A stretch of DNA of 32,000 nt from Bacillus subtilis subsp. subtilis str. 168 (GTDB lineage: Bacteria > Bacillota > Bacilli > Bacillales > Bacillaceae). The stretch spans positions 2,220,001 to 2,252,000 of the forward strand of contig NC_000964.3 in the NCBI RefSeq assembly GCF_000009045.1, given 5' to 3'. Made by a program: the position numbers and the translations under genes. Below, one piece after another: positions 7,271-16,268 of the stretch. Each line of letters begins with the position of its first letter. The first letter of the stretch is position 1. Below the pieces are notes generated by a model, which was given only the letters and a program-made list of their open reading frames with translations, did no database searches and had not been told where the DNA came from.

Positions 7271-7296
7271 AATAGAAAATTATTGGAGGAATTTAA

Positions 7297-7488
7297 ATGG
7301 CAAGCAAAAAAGTACATCAAATTAATGTTAAAGGCTTTTTTGATATGGACGTAATGGAAGTTACTGAACAAACTAAAGAAGCTGAATACACATATGATTT
7401 CAAAGAAATTCTTTCAGAGTTTAATGGAAAAAATGTTTCAATTACTGTAAAAGAAGAAAATGAACTTCCTGTTAAAGGCGTTGAGTAA
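7297..7488 (+). CDS. yonK: Small acidic protein, 63 aa (YonK family), first ORF of the late block
   Basis: Strong SD TTGGAGGAA 7 nt before the ATG. Sequence and size fit the remembered SPbeta YonK small-protein family. Confidence 0.8.
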   Translation: MASKKVHQINVKGFFDMDVMEVTEQTKEAEYTYDFKEILSEFNGKNVSITVKEENELPVKGVE

Positions 7489-7504
7489 GGAGATGACTGA
7501 CTGA

Positions 7505-8722
7505 ATGATCGATCCTGTTCAAACTAAGCGTCACTCAGATGAAAACCTTAAAGAATGGAAAATAAGAATCTGCTCTAATAAAGACATTTATAATCTAAAC
7601 TGGGAAGAAATCAAAGAGTTAATCAACAAGGAAACTGGTGAATCTAAAGGTGAATCAGCTTATAGAAAATGGTTCAACAACTTCATTGAAGGAGTTGAAT
7701 ACCAACGAGAAAGGTCAGATGAATCAAATAATTCTCTCCTTGAATTGGAACTGAAAAAGGTTGAAATCATGGAAGAGAGAAAAAAGCTTCAAGCTGTAAA
7801 GCATGAAATACATAAAAACACACGCGTCAAAGGCCGAACAGAGCTGCTATATGAAAATGTAACTGAAGCAATTGAGAAAGTAGGTACTCTCCCTCCCCCT
7901 TCCTTCTATCCATTAAATAAGAACGAAAGAAAAAGAGCTGCTGTTCTAGGGTTTGGAGATGAACACTTCGGGAAGCAATTTAAAAGCAACAACAATGAAT
8001 ACAACGAACAGATTTATTTGCAGCGTATGAATCAGATTCTTTCTGAAACTGTTGAGTACATTCAAAAAGAAAATTTAGATGAGCTGGTCGTGTTAAATGG
8101 TGCTGACAGTGTTGAAGGTATGGCATTGCGCGTATCGCAATTAACTGCCCTTCAGTACGGGTTTATTGACCAAGTGATAAAATACTCTAGGTACAAAGCT
8201 GAATGGCTTTTAGAACTTTCTAAGCACGTCAAAATTAAGTACATACATATCCCTTCTGCAAATCATACTGAACTAAGATTACATAATACAAATCGCTCGG
8301 AAATGCCTAAAGAAGATGTAGAGCGTATTATAGCTACTTATATCCATGACGTACTCAAAGACAATGAGCGAATTGAAGTTCCTTTATACGACGAAGGAAT
8401 TGTGGATTTTAAATTACTTGAATTTGAAATTGTCGCATGTCACGGACACCAGATTAAAAACAAAAAGAATGCCATTCGTGACATCTCACAGATGAAACGA
8501 AAATTCTACGATTACATGTACATCTCCCACTTCCACCACGGAAACATGCTCACTGTAGGTGAAGCAGCCACTCATAATATCCAAGTTATACAACTCCCTT
8601 CTGTAATGGGTTCCGATGAATACAGTGACAGCTTAATGACAGGTGCCAAAGCTGGAGCAAACCTTTCAATTTATGAGTCCGGTAAAGGTCGGATTATTCA
8701 ATACGATTACATATTAAATTAA
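7505..8722 (+). CDS. yonJ: Calcineurin-like metallophosphoesterase (Mre11/SbcD-style motifs) with an N-terminal helical extension of about 130 aa, 405 aa total
   Basis: Ordered motifs GFGDEHFG, NGADSVEG, SANHTE, ACHGHQ and SHFHHG match the metallophosphatase signature D-x-H / GD / GNH(D/E) / GH / GHxH. Confidence 0.8.
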   Translation: MIDPVQTKRHSDENLKEWKIRICSNKDIYNLNWEEIKELINKETGESKGESAYRKWFNNFIEGVEYQRERSDESNNSLLELELKKVEIMEERKKLQAVKHEIHKNTRVKGRTELLYENVTEAIEKVGTLPPPSFYPLNKNERKRAAVLGFGDEHFGKQFKSNNNEYNEQIYLQRMNQILSETVEYIQKENLDELVVLNGADSVEGMALRVSQLTALQYGFIDQVIKYSRYKAEWLLELSKHVKIKYIHIPSANHTELRLHNTNRSEMPKEDVERIIATYIHDVLKDNERIEVPLYDEGIVDFKLLEFEIVACHGHQIKNKKNAIRDISQMKRKFYDYMYISHFHHGNMLTVGEAATHNIQVIQLPSVMGSDEYSDSLMTGAKAGANLSIYESGKGRIIQYDYILN

Positions 8723-8747
8723 AGAAGGCTCCTATTAGGCCTTCTTT
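8721..8747. terminator. Bidirectional terminator between convergent yonJ and yonI
   Basis: AAAGAAGGC (8721-8729) / GCCTTCTTT (8739-8747): 9-bp stem with a 9-nt loop. The A/T runs are part of the stem on both sides. Confidence 0.65.
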
Positions 8748-8755
8748 AATTAGGT

Positions 8756-9166
8756 TTATCTTGTAAATCCCTCTAAGTCTTTAACGTGAGTAGATACATC
8801 TTTTATAAAGTCAATTGTTTCAGGCGAATCATTCAAGTAATCAACTGTCAATAATTCCTTTTCTTTAATCTCACTGATGAGATTTCTAATAACATTTTGA
8901 AGCTCAGTTTTTTTATCTGTAATGAAATAATACTTAACTCGATTACCCTCACGTGAAATTCCTAATCGATCAACTGGCTGTGTAGATAATTTATTTAATA
9001 CACCTCGAAGAACTCCATTTCTATATTCACCATTCTTAACAAGTTCAGGTATCTTTTTTGCTAGTTCTTCAAGCAGCTCTTTTTCTGTAAGAGGGTGTTT
9101 TGAACCCTTTAAAATCACTGGTATATTTTTACGTACAAGATCTGATAATGTAACTTTGTTTTCCAT
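8756..9166 (-). CDS. yonI: Reverse-oriented gene inside the late block, 136 aa, unknown function (possible winged-helix N-terminus)
   Basis: ATG with SD AGGGGAG. It is the only minus-strand ORF between 7.3 and 25 kb and is bracketed by its own promoter and terminator. Confidence 0.75.
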   Translation of the reverse strand: MENKVTLSDLVRKNIPVILKGSKHPLTEKELLEELAKKIPELVKNGEYRNGVLRGVLNKLSTQPVDRLGISREGNRVKYYFITDKKTELQNVIRNLISEIKEKELLTVDYLNDSPETIDFIKDVSTHVKDLEGFTR

Positions 9167-9203
9167 AACGTGATCTCCCCTTTAGATATCGTAATACATA
9201 AAT

Positions 9204-9233
9204 AGTGTAATCCACTTTTTTATCAGATGTCAA
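9204..9233 (-). promoter_or_regulatory. Candidate sigmaA promoter of yonI
   Basis: On the - strand: TTGACA (complement of 9228-9233), 18-nt spacer, TACACT (complement of 9204-9209). Confidence 0.35.
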
Positions 9234-9366
9234 CATCCAATAGTGGATTTTTAAACCTAAAGTTAAACTATTAATCTTTTTTTGATAAAACTTTAATTTT
9301 ATTTAGATTGGAGTCGCATTAATGGTTGACTGCAAAAAGGTTTATTAAAGTAATACAAAAAAACGA

Positions 9367-9885
9367 TTGAGGATGAAGAAGAAAATGACGAATGAAGACT
9401 TTAAATATCTGAATAAGCACTTAGAAACACTTGCCCAACTCAAGCAGTCTGGATACAAATGTGATAAAGAGATATCTACTGTTATTAGTAAATTACATAA
9501 ACTAATGGGACTTGCATCAAAATCAAAAGTTAATTTTTACACTTTAGGTAGCAATGTTGAAAACGAAAACATTGCTGATTATAAAATAGGCGTAGATTCT
9601 CCAAAAGGAAATAGGTTGTTAATCGTTGATCCCCGGACAGATTGTACAACAGTTTTACTTGTTAATGTTAAAGACTCCAAATTTGAAAATATTAAAAGAA
9701 GAATAGCTTCTCAGACATTCGGATATCAAGCAGACCTATTGGTTCAGATTTTAAAAGAAAAACGCCCTGACAAACTGTTGATTGATACATGTGGAATTGG
9801 TAAAGGGTTAATGGACATGGTGATTGAAAAGTTAAAAACACAAGATATCGAAATGTCTCCCAGTGGTGATTTGACCTATAGTTAA
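9367..9885 (+). CDS. yonH: Unknown late protein, up to 172 aa (start ambiguous: TTG 9367, ATG 9373 or ATG 9385)
   Basis: Open frame with a GAGGA SD-like element at about 9369-9373. The C-terminal [16 protein letters not shown] resembles a motif in the large terminase (see findings). Confidence 0.7.
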
Positions 9886-9897
9886 GCACCTTTTTAG

Positions 9898-9948
9898 AAC
9901 GCCCAGCGAAGATTGCGGTACTCCCCTTCCGCTCTATTGCTGGGCGTT
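9898..9948 (+). other. GC-rich compound hairpin upstream of the putative small-terminase gene (terminator, attenuator or packaging-related structure)
   Basis: AACGCCCAGC (9898-9907) / GCTGGGCGTT (9939-9948) form a 10-bp stem enclosing GCGG (9915-9918) / CCGC (9929-9932). Only three T residues follow it. Confidence 0.45.
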
Positions 9949-9987
9949 TCGTAAAATGTGTTTACATAAACTTTATGGAGGTGAAAT

Positions 9988-10908
9988 ATGTCTGCTGAAA
10001 AAATAAAATGCTCATGCTGCGGCAAAGAACAAAATGCCAATCAATATTATATATCGGAATCTCCTTTCAATTCTGCAACAGGCAAACTGTCAGTATGTAA
10101 GAGCTGTCTCCAAAATGAATTCCAAAAAGACAAAGATAACTTAAAGAATGTTCAAAACATCTTAAGAATGATTGACCGTCCTTTTGTTTACGACTTGTGG
10201 GTTTCCGCTGTTAATGAATCAGAGTCCAAGAAAAAATCAGCTGGAAATGTGTTAGGTACTTATATGAAAAATATCGGAATGAAAGATTACAAGTCAAAAA
10301 CTTGGGCAGACAGTGAGTTTGACTTTGAAGAAGAACAAGAATATACAACACAATTGTTACTAGCTAAAAGTACAGAAGATATATCTAAGGAAGACATAGA
10401 TGAATTAATGCAATTCTGGGGTCGTGGTCTTGATGTTGAAGATTATATTTGGCTTCAGAATGAGTACATTGACTTCACGAATAGGTATGAATGCGACTCT
10501 AAGGGAATGGAACTTCTTATAAATGAAATATGTTTGACTCGGCTAGATATACGCAAACGGCGTGAAAATGGTGAAAAAGTCGATCAGCAGCAAAAAACTC
10601 TTCAAGATTTACTTGGGTCAAGTAATTTAAAACCCGTTCAAGAAACTGGAGCAAGTGGAGTTGAACAAGAGTCTTTTGGCACTCTGATCAAAAAATATGA
10701 GAATGAGAGACCTATTCCTGAGCCAGAGCCTAGATGGAAAGATCCTGATAAAATCGGGAAATACATTAAGGTATTTTTCCTTGGGCATCTGTCTCGAATG
10801 CTTGGTTTGAAAAATCAATATTCAGAGGAATATTGGGAAGAAATGAATAAGCATACTGTTGAAGAACCTGTTGCAGAAGAAGAGGATCGAGAAAATGACC
10901 TCACATAA
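9988..10908 (+). CDS. yonG: Zn-ribbon protein, 306 aa; small terminase subunit candidate by position
   Basis: N-terminal CSCCGK...CKSC four-Cys motif and an acidic C-terminus. Overlaps and immediately precedes the large terminase gene. SD GGAGGTG. Confidence 0.6.
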
Positions 10909-12664
10909 AAATTTTACAACAGATCGCAACAAGCACAGTCGAGGAATCAATATTTTTAAAAAGGGAAACAACTTTAAAAAGAAATCAAAATCTGAAAGAT
11001 TAATGGATGGTATCGGCGCATGGACTTCTTTCTATAGAGCAAACCCACATCGTTTTGTAAAAGAATACTTGGGTATTACACTTAAATTGTTTCAATGTAT
11101 TTTAATTTACATGATGGTACATAACCATTATTTTATGTACCTGGCCAGTCGTGGGCAGGGTAAAACTTGGCTAACCTCTGTATACTGCTGTGTGCAAGCC
11201 ATACTCTTCCCAGGTACTAAAATAGTTATCGCATCGGGCACAAAGGGACAAGCTCGTGAAGTCATAGAGAAAATTGATGACTTACGCAAAGAATCACCTA
11301 ATTTAAGGCGAGAAATTGAAGATTTAAAAACCTCAACAAATGATGCTAAAGTGGAGTTTCATAATGGCAGCTGGATTAAAATCGTAGCCTCAAATGATGG
11401 CGCCCGCTCCAAGCGTGCAAACCTCCTTATTGTAGATGAATTCAGAATGGTTGATTTTGAAATCATCAGTAAAGTACTTCGAAAATTCCTGACAGCTCCC
11501 CGTTCTCCTAAATATCTCGAAAAAGAAGAATACGCTCACTTAAAAGAACGAAACAAAGAAATTTACTTGTCTTCCTGCTGGTACAAGGTTCATTGGTCAT
11601 TTAACAGATTCATAACTTACTACAATGCCATGATGAAAGGATCAAAATATTTTGTGTGTGGTCTCCCTTATCAGATCGCAATTAAAGAAGGTCTTTTGGA
11701 TAAAGATCAGGTTAGAGATGAAATGGCCGAAGAAGACTTTGATCCTATCGGTTGGTCTATGGAAATGGAAGCTCTCTGGTTTGGTGAATCTGAAAAAGCC
11801 TATTTTAAATTCGAAGACATTGAAAAGAACCGCAAGCTTGCTTCTCCCCTCTTCCCTCCTGACTATTACAGTCTAATCAAGGATTCCAACTTCAAATATG
11901 AAGGCAAGAAACCAGGAGAAATTAGACTGGTAAGCAATGATATCGCTGGAATGGCCGGTAAGGATAATGATGCCAGTGTTTACACTGTATTCAGACTGAT
12001 TCCAAACTCCAATGGATATGATCGTCATATTGTATACATGGAGAGCATCGTAGGTGGTCACACAGGAACTCAAGCAACAAGAATTAGACAAATATACGAA
12101 GATTATGATTGCGATTATATTGTATTAGATACTCAAAGTATCGGACTTGGTGTGTATGATGCATTATGCCAGCCTTTATATGATAAAGAACGTGCAAAAG
12201 AATATGAGCCATTTTCATGTATTAACGATGAAAGAATGGCTGCGCGTTGTACTTATCAAAATGCTGAAAAAGTAATTTATAGCATTAAAGGTAATGCACA
12301 ATTGAACAGCGAAATTGCGGTATTACTAAAAGATGGATTCAAACGAGGAAAAATCAAAATTCCTATCAACGAAAATGAAGGAAAAGAATACCTGAAAAGA
12401 TTTAAAGGCTATGAAGGGCTATCTCCTGAAGTTAAAGGAAAATTCCTTTCAAGCTATGCTCAGATTACCCTTCTAATAAATGAAATGATCAACTTAGAAG
12501 CTGAATATAGCGATAACGGACAAGTTAAGCTTAAAGAGCCAAAGAGTAAACGAAAAGACAGATATAGCTCAGTGGCTTATGGCAACTATATTGCTACTGT
12601 ATTAGAAAGACAGTTAAACAAACAAACTGAATATGACGTTGAAGATGAATTAGTCTATTTTTAA
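10895..12664 (+). CDS. yonF: Terminase large subunit (ATPase + nuclease), 589 aa from ATG 10895
   Basis: Walker A SRGQGKTW, Walker B LLIVDEF and a C-terminal nuclease-type [23 protein letters not shown] lies 9 nt before ATG 10895. The TTG at 10859 in the ORF track has no SD. Confidence 0.9.
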
Positions 12665-12681
12665 AAGAAATGAGGTGAAAC

Positions 12682-14202
12682 ATGGTAACCTTAAATAAAG
12701 TTGACATTGAGTCTGAAGAGTATAAGCAAATGCTGAATGACTATTCAACTTATACTTCTACATTTGCTTCCGGCTTTATCTCAAATATGTTTTCCAATGG
12801 CATTGTTACGGAAATTGAGGCCGAACAATTAAAGAATTACTTTTCTAACCCCGATGAATTTCAAGAAGAAATTGAAGATCTTGCTCAGTATTTTTACATT
12901 TCGACTGCTGAGATTCACCAATTGTTTGAATTGATTGAAGCCCTCCCTACCCTCAACTATAAAATTGACTCCTTTAATAAAGTTAAGTCTTCAGATAAGC
13001 ATATTTCCCTTTTGAATAAATCCTTACATAAGGTTAAGCACAAAAGACTTACTAGGGATCTGTTAAAACAGGTAGCTACAGCTGGTACTCTTGTTGGTAT
13101 ATGGCTTGGGGATGCTAAGAGCCCGTATCCGTTTATTTTTGATGAAATTAAATATGTATTCCCCTCCTTTAGAAGAAACGGAGACTGGGTATGTGTAGTT
13201 GACATGGAGCTGTTCACTAAGTATAAAGATGATCAAAGAAACGAATTGTTAAAAAGCCTCTCCCCTTATATTAAACAAAGCGATTATGAAAACTTCATGA
13301 AAGATCGAGAGAAATATCGGTTTAAGGAATTGCCACAAGAAAGAACTTTTCCACTACGCACAGGGACGCTAAAAAGAAATCAAGGATTGGGAACATCTTG
13401 GGTTACACCAGGTCTATATGACGTTCTCCATAAAAAGAAACTTAAAGATGTTGAAAGATCGATTGCAAATAAAATTATTAACGCTGTTGCAGTTCTAACG
13501 ATTGGAACAGATAAAGGTAATGGCGAATACACAAACATGAAGCTGCCTAAAGCAGTTAAACAAAAAATTCATGGTGGCGTTAAAACGGCTTTGGAAAAAA
13601 ACCAAAAAGATGGAGTGACTGTAGTATCAATCCCTGACTTTGCTGATATCAATTTTCCAGATGTTAAAGCAGATGGATTAGATGGAGCAAAATTTGATCA
13701 TATCAATAGCGACATTCAATCTGCTTACGGATTATCCGGCTCTCTTTTAAATGGTGATGGCGGTAACTACGCAACTTCGTCATTAAACTTGGATACATTT
13801 TATAAGCGTATTGGCGTTTTAATGGAGGATATTGAACAAGAGGTTTATCAAAAGTTATTCAACCTTGTTTTGCCTGCTGCCCAAAAAGACAATTACTATA
13901 TGAATTACGATAAAGACAAGCCGCTCACTCTTAAAGAAAAAATGGACATCTTAATTAAATTAAACGATAAGGGCTGGTCTATTAAGCACGTAGTTGACAA
14001 TTTGGCAGGAGTGTCTTGGGAAAGTTACCTTGAACAAACTCTATATGAAACTGAAGAGCTGAAACTCCAAGAAAAAATTAGACCTTATCAAACTTCATAT
14101 ACCTTCACTGGGAATGAAGTTGGCCGCCCAAATGAAGGTAATAAAAACAACGACAACACAGTGAAGTCAGCTACATCCAACGGTAATGACAATCCTATTT
14201 AA
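12682..14202 (+). CDS. yonE: Portal protein, 506 aa
   Basis: Sits immediately after the large terminase with a size typical of portals. YonE is the SPbeta portal as I remember the literature. Confidence 0.8.
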   Translation: MVTLNKVDIESEEYKQMLNDYSTYTSTFASGFISNMFSNGIVTEIEAEQLKNYFSNPDEFQEEIEDLAQYFYISTAEIHQLFELIEALPTLNYKIDSFNKVKSSDKHISLLNKSLHKVKHKRLTRDLLKQVATAGTLVGIWLGDAKSPYPFIFDEIKYVFPSFRRNGDWVCVVDMELFTKYKDDQRNELLKSLSPYIKQSDYENFMKDREKYRFKELPQERTFPLRTGTLKRNQGLGTSWVTPGLYDVLHKKKLKDVERSIANKIINAVAVLTIGTDKGNGEYTNMKLPKAVKQKIHGGVKTALEKNQKDGVTVVSIPDFADINFPDVKADGLDGAKFDHINSDIQSAYGLSGSLLNGDGGNYATSSLNLDTFYKRIGVLMEDIEQEVYQKLFNLVLPAAQKDNYYMNYDKDKPLTLKEKMDILIKLNDKGWSIKHVVDNLAGVSWESYLEQTLYETEELKLQEKIRPYQTSYTFTGNEVGRPNEGNKNNDNTVKSATSNGNDNPI

Positions 14203-14232
14203 AACTTCACTTTTGAAGGGAGGTGAAATTAT

Positions 14233-15669
14233 TTGACAAAGAAGCAAAAGAAAAAACTATGCCAACTTCAATTGAATGAGATTAAAACATCAGATGACCC
14301 AACAAAGTTGTCATGTAGCTTTGTCATTTTTGATTTCGATGTCTCTCACAATAATACAGTAATTTCTAAGGATGTTGCTCTTGAAGCTGCTTCAACAATT
14401 ATTAATAAACCGATTGTTGCAAAATATTACGAGGTTGATGAATTAAATACTTCTACAGATGCATTGGGAACTCATGAAGCTTATCTAGACACAGATAAGC
14501 ACGGAGAACTTGAAGTAAAAAGAGATACTGCCCCAATCGGTGTCTTTACATCCGAGGGATACATAACTGAAATTGAAACCCCAGATGGCAAAAAAGAAGT
14601 ATTGGCAGCAGATGCAATACTTTGGAGCTCTCGATTTAAAGATGCATGTGAACTTTTACTTGAATGGTATGGTAGAGGCATCAACATTAATACAAGTTGT
14701 GAGATCCTTTATTCAAATTACACTGTGCAAGATGGTATCGAACACCTACAGTCCCCCATCTATTTCGAAGGTCATGCAATTTTAAATTCAGAGAAACGTG
14801 GAGAGCATGACATTGTCCTCCCCGCCTATGATTCTTCCAAACTTCTAAGCTTTAATGAACTTCAACGATTTGAAAGATTAGTGGCTCAAGCAGCTACAAG
14901 ACAAAATAATGAGGAAGGTGAAAAAATGAATAAGTTTAGAAAAGTGTTTGAATTGTCTCACTCTGACGTTCGGACGCTTCTATATAGCCAATTAGATCCA
15001 ACCCTTGATAAAGAATCAGATTCATTTATTGCAGATGTATATGATACGTATTTCATCGTAAACGTGTATAGCTGGTCAGATGAAAATAGCTATGACAAAT
15101 ACTTTAAGTTCAATTACACAAGAACAGGCGATACTGTTTCAATTGATTTTGACAGTAAAACTGAGGTATTCATGACGCGCAACTGGGAGGAAGTTGTTCC
15201 TGAGCCTATTCAATCACAACTTAACCAGAAAGATGAACAAATTAAAGATTTAACGAAACAAGTAAATCAAATCAATAAGGATAAGGTAGGAATTGAACAG
15301 CAATTCAACACTGCCAGTGAAAAGCTTGTGCAATTAAATTCTGAAGTGGAACAATTGAAGCCTTATAAAGAAAAACACGAGAAAACTTTATTAGAGCAAA
15401 AACTAAGTGAGAAAAATGAATTCTATAAAGCGAAATTTGAAGCTTTAAATGCTGAGGAAAAATTCAGTACAGAAGAAGTACAAAACCTTATCCATGCTTC
15501 GGTTAAACAAGATGAAGAAGGAGAAAAAGCTGTATTACAACTTAACACAATGTTAGTTGATTTAGTTAGTGTTCCTACTGAAACAAATACAACCATTAGA
15601 GAATTTTCAAGTAAACGGGAAAATTTAATCCCTAACGATGACTCTTTTGAATCACGCTTTTCACAATAA
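14233..15669 (+). CDS. yonD: Head-assembly protein with a long C-terminal coiled coil (scaffold and/or prohead-protease-like), 478 aa
   Basis: TTG start with SD GGGAGGTG. The C-terminal ~150 aa are heptad-rich (QLNQKDEQIKDLTKQVNQINKD...EVEQLKPYKEKHEKTLLEQKL). Lies between the portal and capsid genes. Confidence 0.6.
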   Translation: MTKKQKKKLCQLQLNEIKTSDDPTKLSCSFVIFDFDVSHNNTVISKDVALEAASTIINKPIVAKYYEVDELNTSTDALGTHEAYLDTDKHGELEVKRDTAPIGVFTSEGYITEIETPDGKKEVLAADAILWSSRFKDACELLLEWYGRGININTSCEILYSNYTVQDGIEHLQSPIYFEGHAILNSEKRGEHDIVLPAYDSSKLLSFNELQRFERLVAQAATRQNNEEGEKMNKFRKVFELSHSDVRTLLYSQLDPTLDKESDSFIADVYDTYFIVNVYSWSDENSYDKYFKFNYTRTGDTVSIDFDSKTEVFMTRNWEEVVPEPIQSQLNQKDEQIKDLTKQVNQINKDKVGIEQQFNTASEKLVQLNSEVEQLKPYKEKHEKTLLEQKLSEKNEFYKAKFEALNAEEKFSTEEVQNLIHASVKQDEEGEKAVLQLNTMLVDLVSVPTETNTTIREFSSKRENLIPNDDSFESRFSQ

Positions 15670-15693
15670 ATTTTAAACTTGGAGGAATAAAAT

Positions 15694-16230
15694 ATGGCTA
15701 CAAGATTACAAAAAGCCCTTACTGAAGTAGGTAATCATACTACTGGAAACTTGAATTCTTTAAAAATCAAAACAGTTGCTCACGGTGCAAAAGTGACTGG
15801 TTCAGACATTGATAACTTTATGCTTGTTGAACTTGGTTTTGATGCTGAGGGGAACCGTACAGCTTCGAAACTATCAGATAAAACAAAAAAAGCATATTTA
15901 ATTGCATCTCCTGAAGCACGCTACCTTGGTGAATCAATGAGAGATTTTTATAACGGTGTAGGAGAACATGCTCGAATTGTTATCCTTGAGCCAGCTTATA
16001 CTCGTTTTGATGTTTCTGCATTTTCATTTAATACAGGAGTGACTGAGGTTAAACAAGGTCAAGTGGCTCACTTTGATATTGCTACTCAAAAGTATATTCT
16101 TAGTGATCCTACTTCACCTCATGAGGATTATGCTGATTCTTCTGCTAAGTTCCTAGTTGTAAATAATGAAGATGACCTTGTTTACACAATGGGACAAAAA
16201 CTTGTTCGCCTTGAAGTAATCGAGGCCTAA
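15694..16230 (+). CDS. yonC: Head-module protein, 178 aa (decoration or auxiliary capsid protein candidate)
   Basis: SD TTGGAGGAA. Position is directly upstream of the major capsid candidate. Confidence 0.6.
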   Translation: MATRLQKALTEVGNHTTGNLNSLKIKTVAHGAKVTGSDIDNFMLVELGFDAEGNRTASKLSDKTKKAYLIASPEARYLGESMRDFYNGVGEHARIVILEPAYTRFDVSAFSFNTGVTEVKQGQVAHFDIATQKYILSDPTSPHEDYADSSAKFLVVNNEDDLVYTMGQKLVRLEVIEA

Positions 16231-16268
16231 TACATAACAAATAAATTTCAATAAAAGGAGTATTTTAA

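Noticed and set aside
5616-7296. Possibility that the region is a tRNA cluster, CRISPR array, group II intron or pseudogenised protein gene
   Set aside because: I found no T-loop GTTCGAATC/GTTCAAATC-type motif or cloverleaf, and no regularly spaced direct repeats. The only GTGCG (6015-6019) lies inside a hairpin, and I could not find a domain-V-like hairpin or any reverse-transcriptase remnant. There is no long interrupted reading frame. Intron and known-family membership still need a covariance-model search.
6343-7354. Five short ORFs in the supplied track inside the non-coding region (6343-6543, 6374-6565 minus, 6809-7012, 7084-7275, 7115-7354)
   Set aside because: None has an SD or a plausible start context. 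They overlap each other in different frames and strands and cut across strong helices. Their translations are low-complexity or Cys/Arg/Leu-rich, typical of random frames in GC-richer DNA. The last one runs through the real yonK start.
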